From assembly GCA_907165135.1 (NCBI GenBank), contig OU015569.1, forward strand, positions 11,594,001 through 11,658,000: a stretch of DNA of 64,000 nucleotides. The letters run 5' to 3'. Below are positions 53,782 through 64,000 of the stretch, piece after piece; within the stretch, counting starts at the first letter, position 1, and the number at the start of each line of letters is the position of its first letter. Made by a program: the position numbers and the translations under genes. This DNA comes from Oikopleura dioica. Taxonomy: Eukaryota; Animalia; Chordata. The notes beneath the pieces were generated by a model. That model made no database searches, had not been told where the DNA came from, and saw only the letters and a program-made list of their open reading frames with translations.

Positions 53782-54077
53782 CCTTTCGTTTTCTCGGTAA
53801 AGTGAGAATGAGCAGTTTCGCGATTTCGGGCTCCTTATATACGCGTTGCTGGGAAGAACAACAGCCAGCTCTAGAGACTTTTTTCTCCAAAGCGCGAAAA
53901 AAAACAACAAGGATGCTCTGGAATGCTCAGCAAAAGGAGAAAAATGACGAGAAAGTCCATAATTTCAGGAATAGGCTATCGATTTCACTAATGACACTGT
54001 CATTATGACAGCGAAGAGCTGTTGATTCTAGTTTAGTTGTAAATTTTGACACTTCTGAAATATCAAGTTTAATTTAT

Positions 54078-57054
54078 TTAATTCGAAAAGAATTCTTTTG
54101 GCATTCGCGCAGGTAACTTGAAAGTAAGAGTGATAGAGTATGCTTGAGACAGAAGATACCATTTTTCCATTTCCATATTGAATTGTTCGTTCACTAAAGC
54201 TAAGAACTCGTTGTTTGGTCCAAAGTATATGAAATCATTGAAAGTGTTAAAACAGTCGGCAGTCATCTCGTAAGGAGCGTAGTATTCACGACAAAGAGGG
54301 ATTCTGACTTGAGAGCCAGAATGGTCGATCAAAGTGTTTTGGAGGATGTATTCGGAGTTTTCGATTCGGTCGACAACCATTTGGTGGAAAATTATTGATC
54401 CATCGGGATTCAGATAGGCGCCGGTTACAGTCAGGGGGCGGCTGAAGATGAAGTTTTGGTGGAGGAGAACTGAATATTGAATTTATTTCAAAAGACTTTT
54501 TGTAAAATTAAACCTCGTTGAAAATCGAATTCTGATAATTTAATCGGGCTATGGTGACAGATAATTTGCCATCCACTCTCATTCAAATAAGTTCTGAATT
54601 TCATTCTTCTGAGAAGCAATTCAATTTCATTATCTTGAAATTTCTGTTCTTCTTTTTTTGGATTGAGATTGAATCCAGCAAAACTACGCGGATAAACAAC
54701 CATTGTCAAAATGGTGAAGATATTTTCGAGAGAAAAATACTCTTCGAAAAGCGAGAGTCTCATTTCACCCACTTTCAAATCATTCATGACCGCCCATCGA
54801 AGAAGAACGCTGACTGAAAGCGGGACACACAGATTGCTTTCTTTTTGATTTAAAACGTTCGTCGTCACATTTTTAAAATCATAATTAATCTCCCTTGTAA
54901 GTTTTTGTTTGAGATTGGCCATTGCGGAAGATTTTGTCAGATTTGGATCGTCCAGGCAGAAGTCAGAAGACGCGCTTTCCAATGAGATGATTTTCGTCAT
55001 TTGCTTTATTTCTTGAATCTTCGGAGGACGTGCCTTCAGATATCCTAACCAGTTTGCATTTGCAGCCTTAAGATTATGATTTTTTATTACAATGAAGAAA
55101 ATACCTCCAGTGATCTTCTTATCTCTTCCTCGCCGTTATCGATCGGGTTATATAGAAGACTCCATGCTGTCTTCCATTCAGACAGCACGAAAATGTAAAT
55201 TAAATACAGGTTGTTAAGAACATCATAATTGTGGCAAAGTTGTTCTGTTCTTGCAAAGCCTGCAGAACCAGCATCTAAAATAGAGTATTCTTAGATAGGC
55301 TATCTAAGATAGTCTCTCAGAAACAAATTCCAAACTATAAATACAATTTCATCTCAGCTTGACTCAAGATTATGTAGACTTACAAAGGTATTGAAAATGT
55401 CTAAACTTCCCTCCACTTCTTGCGTAGCCCATTTCTTGGTAGCTCTTCCTTTCACTTTTGTTATCAACAATCCCAAAATCAATCCATTTCGCTTTTCCGA
55501 GTGCCACTCGGCGAGTGGTCTCCGTTTGCCCAAATCGCCATTTGCCTAAGATCTCCGTTTGCCCAACTTGAGGAAAAGGCGACTTGGGCAAACGGCGATG
55601 TGATTTAATTAAAATTGATTGACCAAATAACTTTATTTTATTGGCTTCTCCACACTCAATCCCGGCTTCAACAACTTCTATCCTAGCTTTTCAGAGGTCA
55701 ATCCTTGTGACTAAAACTTCAATCCTGGCATCTCCAGCGTCAATCCCGGATTCTTTAACGCCGATCCGGGCGTCACTAACATCAATTCTAGCTTCTCATA
55801 CGTCAGTCCCGACTTCTCAGTTGTCAATCATGGCGTCTCGAAAGTCAATCATGGCTTCTCAAAGATTGGAATGACGTTGGAAAAGCGGCTTTTCAAAAGC
55901 CTAGATTGAAATTGATGAAGCCGGGATGGACGTCGAAGACCCCGGGATTGACATCAGAGAAGCCATGATTGAAGTCGGTGAAGCCAGGATTGACGATGTA
56001 GAGACCAGAATTGACGATGGAGAAGCAATGATTGATTTAATATCAGTGATATTGGAGAAGTTATGAGATCTCCGTTTCCCCAAGTTGGGTGAACGGCGAT
56101 TTGGGGAAACGGCGACTTGGGCAAACGGAGACCACTCCCCTTTTCCATTTTTCAAAAGAATATTTTCTGGTTTTTTATCGTGATGATCAATTCCAATTTT
56201 CCTTAAATAATCTTCCCCTTCTATAACTCCAATTACAATTTTCTTCCTTTCTTCCAAATTCAAATTTCCGTCTTTCAACATGCTTCTCAAATCAGAGTCG
56301 CACTTTTCCATAATTGTTATCCATCCAATACAGTCCTCTTTATCAACATCGTCGTTTGAAAAAACTTCAATGTTAACGTAATTTTTGATGATATTCGTAT
56401 GAAAGGGGAATACAATCTTCATTTCCATCCCGACTATGCGCAATTCGGTAATCTAAATCGCAAGATATGAAATGCAATTAATCAAATTATTTATATAATA
56501 TAACCTTTTGAAAGATGAATTTCAAATTTATATTCTTCATTATTTGTGGTAAACAATGCGGAGTCAAACGCCTGAACCCGAACAGCAACATCTAGGTCTC
56601 CAAATTTTTCATTCAGTACGAATGCTTCTCCTCCTGATGATATTATTTTATCACGAAGAGACTGATGAAGAATCCATTCTCCAGTTTCCGCTTTTAATTC
56701 TGACCGTTGAGTTATTCTGCCGCTAAAGGTTGGGTTTCTTTTCAGAATTTTCTTTTGAAACAAGGTCATTTGTTTTGTCTGCAATATCTTATTTGATATT
56801 CGAGGAACGAAAATTATTTTTAATATGTCATCCTTAAAAATAATCTCCTTCCATCCAGCACAATCTTTACTGTTGAACTCCATTCTCTCGACCGACAAGA
56901 TCAATCTGTCCAGATCATCTCTGCTTGTAGTTCTTGTCAATTTCTTTGTGAAATCTTGCAGCCATGACTCGATTGCTTCTCTCGTTAGCTCTTTCGGATG
57001 CGTTAAAATTTTTAAGTTCAACAACCTTGAAGCATAATCTCTGAATTTATCCAT
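54078..57054 (-). pseudogene. Kinase-like + papain-fold cysteine protease fusion gene, disrupted in this copy
   Basis: ISSGGEA, VAVR, IMEKCD, HHDKKPENILL, WIDFG, GSAGFARTEQ; then NQKESNLCVP, FHQMVVD, YILQNT. It has GT-AG introns, a +1 frameshift at ~56403 and an element insertion between NG|K and AKWIDFG. Confidence 0.75.
55499..56139. mobile_element. 641-bp foldback element with inverted 21-bp arrays and 7-bp TSD
   Basis: TIR GAGTGGTCTCCGTTTGCCCAA; CTTTTCC duplicated at 55492-55498 and 56140-56146; TCAATC(C/A)TGGCTTCTC-type 21-mers face each other; excision restores KNGKAKWIDFG. Confidence 0.88.
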
Positions 57055-57220
57055 AATTAATAGAACGTAACTTCAATTATGAATAAATTTGACAATTACA
57101 ACTACCAAACTCCAAGGCGATCAATAGACAATGGCAGCTTAATTCAAATAAAATTATAAAAGAGGAGGAAATCTTTCAATGCTCAGCGAGCAGTTTCTCA
57201 AAATGTTCTTTGTAATTTGT

Positions 57221-57236
57221 GGCCCTTAAAAGGGCC
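57221..57236 (-). terminator. Histone 3' stem-loop
   Basis: GGCCCTTTTAAGGGCC on the minus strand, downstream of H2A copy 2. Confidence 0.9.
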
Positions 57237-57265
57237 GGTTTTGAAGGAGCATCAAAAAGATGTCC

Positions 57266-57628
57266 TTAGTTCCTCTTCATGGGAAGGAGAACTGGGTTGA
57301 TGTGGGGGAGGACACCACCCTGGGCGATGGTGACTCCGTCGCAGAGTTTCACGAGCTCTTCGTCGTTCTGGATGGCGAGCTGAAGATGTCGTGGGTTTAT
57401 TCTTGTCTTCTTGTTTTCCTTGGCTGCGTTGCCAGCGAGCTCGACGACCTCGGCGGTGAGGTACTCGAGGACAGCAGCCAAGTAGACGGGAGCACCGGCG
57501 CCGACGCGGTCAGCCCAGTTGCCCTTGCGGAGCATTCGGTGCACTCGGCCGACGGGGAAGGCGAGTCCAGCTCGGGATGAGCGGGTCTTCTTGGCGGCAG
57601 CGTTTGTCTTCGCTTTTCGTCCGGACAT
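57266..57628 (-). CDS. H2A: Divergent histone H2A (120 aa, short C-tail), copy 2
   Basis: Intronless H2A fold ending LLPMKRN*, transcribed divergently from H2B. Confidence 0.95.
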   Translation of the reverse strand: MSGRKAKTNAAAKKTRSSRAGLAFPVGRVHRMLRKGNWADRVGAGAPVYLAAVLEYLTAEVVELAGNAAKENKKTRINPRHLQLAIQNDEELVKLCDGVTIAQGGVLPHINPVLLPMKRN

Positions 57629-57953
57629 GTTTTCGTTTTCTCGGCAAAGTGAGAATGAGCAGTTTCGCGATTTCGGGCTCCTTATATAGGCGTTGCTGGG
57701 AAGAACAACAGCCAGCTCTAGAGACTTTTTCTCCAGAGCGCGAGAAAAACAACAACGAGCTCTGGAATGCACGGAAAGAAAAACAAATTTTCTCGAAATC
57801 GTGCTTCGAGAACATGTTGTTTTTGTTATTGAAAATCGCGGCGAAGGGTTGTCTCCCGCACGAACATCCTCAAGGCCGGATTTTCTATAAATACGCGGCG
57901 AAAACGCAGTTGCTCACCACTCACAAACTTGCAAAACTTGTGAAACAGCAAAA
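57629..57953. promoter_or_regulatory. Bidirectional H2A/H2B promoter
   Basis: Head-to-head genes; TATA-like CTATATAAG on the minus strand at ~57681-57689 and TATAAAT at ~57886. Confidence 0.75.
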
Positions 57954-58292
57954 ATGGCCAAGACCAACGCCAAGCCCGCCGCCGCCAACACCAGAAAATA
58001 CCGAAAGGCCCGAAAGGAGTCCTTCGCTATTTACATCTACAAGGTCTTGAAGCAGGTCCACCCCGACCAGGGCATCTCTTCGAGAGCCATGTCCATCATG
58101 AACTCGTTCGTGAGCGACATCTTCGACCGAGTCAGTGGCGAAGCTTCCCGCCTTGCCAAGATCAACAAGAAGTCGACCATCTCCTCCCGGGAGATCCAGA
58201 CTGCTTGCAGACTCCTCTTCCCCGGAGAGCTTTCCAAGCACGCCGTCTCCGAAGGTACTAAAGCTGTGGCTAAGTACAACGCTGCTAAGTAA
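57954..58292 (+). CDS. H2B: Divergent histone H2B (112 aa, short N-tail)
   Basis: [70 protein letters not shown]. Confidence 0.95.
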   Translation: MAKTNAKPAAANTRKYRKARKESFAIYIYKVLKQVHPDQGISSRAMSIMNSFVSDIFDRVSGEASRLAKINKKSTISSREIQTACRLLFPGELSKHAVSEGTKAVAKYNAAK

Positions 58293-58319
58293 TTCTTTAA
58301 TTACGAAGAGCGAAAAACC

Positions 58320-58335
58320 GGCCCTTTTAAGGGCC
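58320..58335 (+). terminator. Histone 3' stem-loop
   Basis: GGCCCTTTTAAGGGCC about 27 nt after the H2B stop. Confidence 0.9.
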
Positions 58336-58415
58336 ACAAATCTTATGAAAACAGCTTACTAATTATGATTAGTCAGCTAATTTTTTATGGTATGATAGTC
58401 CACATTCAATTGTAG

Positions 58416-58652
58416 GACTCGATGTCAATGAAGTTATACTCGACATTATTTCCGAATTCAAGAAAGTACCAAAATCAGCTGCTCAAGACTTTCTCAAGAG
58501 TGAGTATTAAATATAGTCTACATTATAGCGACTATATTATATATTCTTCTCATTAATGCTCGATCTTGACCCTAACCCAGAGTTCCTGCACATCTAACTT
58601 TGATCTAGGCATGAGGAACAAGGGGCGCTACCAAGAAGATGTTTGGAGTTAA
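58416..58652 (+). other. Orphan last two exons of a diflavin reductase (NADPH-cytochrome P450 reductase-like)
   Basis: ag|GLDVNEVILDIISEFKKVPKSAAQDFLK|gtgag..tag|SMRNKGRYQEDVWS*, resembling the POR C-terminus KGRYSLDVWS; AATAAA at ~58798; no upstream reductase exons found in the window. Confidence 0.7.
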
Positions 58653-59414
58653 CGTCGGCAAATCTACAAATCTACCTGCAAATCTGCTTCTGTACTTCTA
58701 CTTTTATGTTATTGCAATTCTAGATCAATCAATTAAACATTCGTTCTTCTGTGAAATTCCTGCTAAGAAATATATTTATAAATAATTGAAAAATGAAAAT
58801 AAACCGAAAAAAGAAAGATCTAAAGTTAGTCTGGTTGGCCTGTCGAAAGCATGATCGATGATATCGACGAGATTATGATGCTTTTGAATTCAATGCCGGC
58901 GGGAATCAACAAGGAGAACCCAGCTGAGGAGGTATTGCCGTAGAAACATGCTCCAAGGATAATTACAAAAGTGATTGTTTTGATAGAGATTTTTCTTAGT
59001 GGTAAGGTAATTCTTCTGGATAGGCTGTAGACTGGCGCCCCGAAGGTCCTTCTTCTGGGTCGGTTTCGGACGAAGCTAATTCGAAATCGGAAGCACGGCA
59101 GTCGTCGCAAGCCACAAACAACGAGGCGGGGAGAAACCAACCAGGTCTTGCGAATCTCGCTCGAAAACCTTCCCACATGTGGCATTGGCCTATAAGAGGC
59201 CTTGTCTATGGCGGAAAAGCTCATTTTTCATTTTTTCCACCGCACATGCCACCGCGCCGGGCAATTTCTTGATTTTCGCTCGATTTACTTTTCGCGATTA
59301 TTGCACCTTCAATAGAGAACATGACCCTTAATAAGAGAAGAACCCGTCCTGGACTTTCATTTTCCTTAATAAGGAATCTCTTGAATAATTATATTTTTCT
59401 AGACTTCTTTCGAA

Positions 59415-62400
59415 ATGATGAAAATGCCGCTCGAAAAATTCGCGCAGTCATCTGAGGAGAAAAATGACAAGAAGCAGCGAATGGACAAAATAAAGGTAAA
59501 ATACATTATCTTAAATTTGTATAAATTTCAATTTCTAGGTATGCGTACGATGCAGGCCGATGAACGAAAAAGAGACCACGGAAAAGGCGCGAAGATGCGT
59601 CGATGTCTCGGAGAAAACCGGCGAAGTTAGGATCAACAAAAAAAGCTACTTTTTCGACAAAGGTATTTTTCGATTCTTTTTCTTGATTTCAACAATATTT
59701 TTAGTGTTTGGTCCTGATTCAAGCCAAGTTGCCGTCTACAAAGAGGTCGTTGTTCCAATCGTCAAGGAAGTGCTCGGCGGTTATTCTTGTACCATCTTCG
59801 CTTACGGCCAGACTGGTTCAGGAAAAACGTACACGATGGAGGGAGAGAAAAGATCCGGCAGCGAGTTTTCGTGGGAAAACGATCCTCATTCTGGCATCAT
59901 TCCGAGGACGATGAACCACATTTTCGACAAGCTGAATTCTGGCGACTTCTCGGAATACGCCGTTCATGTGAGGTAAGAAAGAGCAACCAAAGGAAACTTC
60001 AAAAATCATTATTCATTTTTAGTCTCATCGAAATCTACAACGATGAAATCTTCGATCTTCTCTCTGACCGCCAAGACATCGAGAAGCTCAAGATGTTCGA
60101 CGACCCAAATAAAAAAGGAGCTGTGAAGATCAAGGGCGTCAAAGAATTTGCAGTTTCCAACAAAGAAGACATCTACGCAATCATGGAGCGAGGATCGCAG
60201 AAGAGGAAAGTCACAAAGACGAAGATGAACGCACACTCATCGCGATCACACTGCGTCTTCCAGATTCAATTGAGCACGAAGGTGAAAGTCGAGGACTCGG
60301 ATGGCATCGACGAGGACTACATTCGACAGGGAAAACTCTACCTGGTCGACTTGGCCGGAAGCGAGAATGTTGGGCGATCAGTAGCGCAGAATCAGCAAGC
60401 CAGAGAAGCGGGTCATATCAACCAGAGCTTGCTTGCCCTCGGGCGAGTTGTTACTGGCCTGGTTGAGGGATCACCGCACATCCCTTATAGGTAAATACCT
60501 TCCACTCTTCATCGCCTCATCCTTCCTTTTAGAGAGTCGAAGCTAACTCGACTTCTGCAAGACTCGCTCGGCGGATCAACGAAAACCTGCATCATTTCTA
60601 CTATCTCGCCGGCCAGCACTTCTCAGGAAGAAACCCTCTCAACCCTCGATTACTCCGCTAGGTAAACGATCCCATCAATAGTTCCCAATCAAAATCTCTC
60701 TTCAGAGCAAAGAAGATCTCCAACAAGCCACAGATCAACCAAGTGATCAAAAAGCGAGCTTTGATTGAAAAGTTTGTCAATCAAATCAAAGCGCTCAAGG
60801 CAGATCTCGCCGCTTCTCAGCAGAAAAATAGCGATTACATTGACCCAACTGAGTATGAGAAAATGAAGGAGGAGTTGGAAGCGCTGAATCTTGAGAAAGA
60901 ACAGATGCTTGTCAAAGACGCGCAAATTGAGGAAGAGATGCAAAAGTTGAGAAACGAGATCGACGACCTAATTCAGAAAAACAAAGGTAAATATTGTCTA
61001 TATTTTCCTAGTCATGAACTTATTTTCTAGAGCTGAAAAGGAAGTACAAGTCCGTGAAGGCCGATCTGCACAAAACAGATTTCCTGAAAGGCGAGCAGCT
61101 CAAAGCCAATCTCAAGCAGTATCACCTAACAAAAGACCTCTGTACCGATCTCGACAAAAATGAGGGCGACATCGTCGAGCTCCAGCGCGCGCTTGGTTCT
61201 TGCAAACAAGTGATGGAGAAAAACGCGTCATCGATCGCGAGATTTAGAGAGGACGAGATTCCAGAATGCATAAAGCGATCGGATTTCGTCCAGAAGAGCA
61301 CCGATGCGACTGAGTCTCATATGGAGAAGGTCAAGGCGAGTGTCGGTCGAGTGGAAGCGACATTGAAGGAAGAGTTGGATTCGCATGCCAGCGTTTCGCG
61401 AAAAGGATTCGAAGACCTCACCGCAGGTGTGAACGAACTCCTTGCCAGCTTCAAGTCGAAAACCGAAGAATGCGCTGGCGAAGTCGAAAGCACCTCCGAG
61501 CGTCTTCTGAAAAAACTTTTCGAGAGTCTTGAGGATTTCAAGATATCGCATGACAAGTCGATCCAGAAGCTGCAGACGATTACGAACTCTGTCAGCAGTT
61601 CTGTTGAGTCACTAAACAGCGAAGTTCTCGAGTCACTCTCTTCCATCCAGCCAGAGATGGAAAATGCGACTTCTGCGAGCGAAGAATCAACGAAGATCCT
61701 TCGCGAAACAGAGAAAAAGATGAAGGAGACAATTGAAGCGACGATGAGCCAGATGATGAGCCAGATGATAAGCCAGATGTCCCAGTGCCTTTCTTCGAAG
61801 AGCTCTGCCGACGAAAAGCTCCGGAACGCGGCGAATTCTGTCTCCAAATCTGTCGAAAGCGCGAAAGCGACACTCGAGAGCAAGACTGGAGACATAAAGA
61901 ACTCACTTGCGGAATCAAAGAAGACTCTGGTCGATGTCAACCGACAAACGAGTGCTCACGTTGAGACTTCCATCGACAAAAAGCAAGCATACTCGGAATC
62001 GCTCAAGGTCGCTCTTGACAAGATTACTCAAGATGCGAGTTGCCACGAGAAGACTTTGTATTGGCGAGTGAAAACAGCGACCGAGACATGTACCAGCGAA
62101 TTGGAGAAACGCGAACAAGGGCAGAAAAAAAAGCTCTCAGAAATCAAGGACGAAGTTGGAAAGCTCTTGTCCGAAGGAAAATCGTTCGCGACTGCTCAAA
62201 AATCTCTTCTGGAGGTAAGCTTTCCCCTTTTTATCCTTTAAAAAAAAAAACTTAATTCAGGAAATCGACGCTTCAAACAAATCCACTGAAGGCGCCCTCA
62301 CTTCTCTCTCATTGGTAGAATACAACGAGAGCGGAGAAACTCCAGCAAAACGCGATCGACGATCTCTTCAGAAGCCTCTGAGCATCAGGAACGAAGTGCA

Positions 62401-62778
62401 GATTCTTCGCGAGTACGAGGAGCCGTCCACAACAATCGACGAAGAAGATCTTCCGGTAGCTGACTTGATTGAAAACTGATTTTTACTAATGATTTCAGCA
62501 GGATGAGAGTCTTCCGACAGAACCAGAAGAAGAGCTAGACTCCAAAAACATCTCCGAGGACTCAATGGCCTTCGAATGCCGACAGGCAACATCATCTGCT
62601 CCTATGTTTGGGGTGAGTCATTTTTTGTATCTTTTTTTTTGCATCTAAATCGAATTCAAAGGAATCGAAAAAGACGCGCTCTAAAAAGCGCAAGGGTCCC
62701 AACTCTCCTCTCGTCGAGCCTGCTGGAAAACGAGCGTCTGATGAACACATCCAGGCAAAGAAATTTGGCCCCTCTTAG
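59415..62778 (+). CDS. KIF11: Kinesin-5 (Eg5/BimC)
   Basis: [68 protein letters not shown], coiled coil and BimC box SGETPAKR. The last exon is uncertain. Confidence 0.95.
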
Positions 62779-63277
62779 CTTCCAAGGGTAAAATATGTCT
62801 TGATAAATACTGTTATTATCTTTCATTGTAGCCAGCGCTCAACAAGAAGAATTGAGTAAATGTAGACTGATCAACTTCCTCACCAGAAATCACAGCCCAA
62901 CACTTTCACATTCCCTGTATATTTCACTATTCTAAACAAAGCTATTATATTTTTTATCACCTGCCAATTGTCTCAATAAAGAATCTCCAATGTAACATCC
63001 TGAGTTTATTAATTTTATGCAGAATGATATTTGCCTATTTTTGGATAATACAAAAGATATAAATACATGGCCAAAAACTGTTTTTCCTAATCTATTAGCG
63101 GCTTACTTACAAGTCGATAAAACTGCACGAGTTTTCCCTACTTTGAGGATTGGGCGTAATGCAAAAACACGGGGCGAAGTTTATCACGGCGGGGCGCTGA
63201 AAGTTCCTGTATAAAAAGAGGCTATTGCTGTATCTATCCATCAAATATTCAACCAGCGAAGAAGACAAAGTAAAAAG

Positions 63278-64000
63278 ATGGCTAGATTTTTCAAATACTT
63301 GGCTTTTTTCCTCGTCCTGATCAGCCAGATCGCCAATATCACCGTCGAAGCGGGAAAAAAGTACAAAAAATCGAAAAAAGCGGAGCCCGAACCTGAACCA
63401 GAGCTAGAACAAGAGATGGAGCAAGAAATGGAGATGGAGAATGAGTTCGAGAATGAGTTTGAAAACGAATTCGAAGAGGGACAAGAGCAAGAGCCTCAAA
63501 TTGTTCCCGATGCCGGAGTTCCAATGGGCCAGGCGCAGAATGAGTGTAAATTTGAATTGATAAAGTGCCATAATTAACGAGCTTTTAGTGGTGTCGTTTG
63601 CACTTTTAGTGGCTGGCACATGGATTGCTATTTCAGTCACCCGGCGGGTTACACGATCAATTTCTAGCGTCGCTAATTTGGAGGTAAAATTATCAATTTC
63701 CGTCGGAGACTTAAATCAAATTTTAGGTTTTGGGTCTTATCGCTGCTATTGCCATGTCCTACTACTGTTACAATGGAAACCAGGCGCTTTTCGGCACCAT
63801 GGTAGTTCATAAAAATTGATCTTTATACAATGTTTTTCAAGAACACGAGTTTTGGAAAGCTCTGGACCTCCGCCACCGCCGCCGAATTCGGAGCAAACGC
63901 AGGAGAACTCGTCAAAAATCTGGCTCAACTTCTTCTTCTCGTCTTCAAGGACGGCTTTGCCTACGCTTCTAGTGCCTTCAACTCTGCCAACCTGTCCCTG
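63278..64000 (+). CDS. Signal-peptide protein with acidic repeats and a downstream hydrophobic segment (3' partial)
   Basis: MARFFKYLAFFLVLISQIANITVEAG, EPEPEP/EQEM/ENEF repeats, and later exons VLGLIAAIAMSYYCY and NTSFGKLW; internal splicing not fully resolved. Confidence 0.6.

Larger units (their letters stand above)
53932..57177. mobile_element. 3.25-kb block flanked by 10-bp direct repeat AATGCTCAGC (putative insertion)
   Basis: AATGCTCAGC lies at 53922-53931 and 57178-57187, where homology between the two H2A copies stops; no TIRs are evident. Confidence 0.5.

Noticed and set aside
55641-56148. S/I/P-rich ORFs suggesting a repeat protein
   Set aside because: They are produced by the 21-bp arrays of the inserted element and contain stops.
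58826-59224. 132-aa minus-strand ORF divergent from kinesin-5
   Set aside because: No recognisable domain, and no self-consistent splice model was found.
63588-63812. GSYRCYC suggesting phospholipase A2
   Set aside because: There is no His-Asp or CCxxHDxC motif, and the likely coding frame is VLGLIAAIAMSYYCY.

Overview
Gene-dense eukaryotic DNA with many ~40-60 nt introns, several GC-AG and GA-AG introns, same-strand gene runs and a GGCCCTTTTAAGGGCC histone stem-loop. This is most consistent with the larvacean tunicate Oikopleura (inference). Spliced genes read by hand, in order: PRPF40-like (5' partial), importin-alpha, a pseudokinase, a CAP-thioredoxin multidomain protein, a 6-finger C2H2 protein, an ankyrin gene, a decayed Cys-rich/kelch locus, CLPX, MED15, a C2orf81-like gene, RER1, an EVH1-only protein, BLTP2/KIAA0100 (with a nested antisense micro-gene), CRK, ATG4, two divergent H2A and one H2B, orphan 3' exons of a diflavin reductase, kinesin-5 and a partial secreted/membrane protein. 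Several non-autonomous TIR element families are present. The most notable observations are: (1) a 3.25-kb intron-containing kinase plus papain-fold gene block flanked by a 10-bp direct repeat between duplicated H2A genes; (2) a hAT-type MITE in the last ATG4 exon that can be spliced out in frame; (3) a tail-anchored microprotein gene nested in a BLTP2 intron; (4) orphan reductase exons that splice in frame to H2B. Exon boundaries and homologies were assigned by eye, without alignments or database searches.
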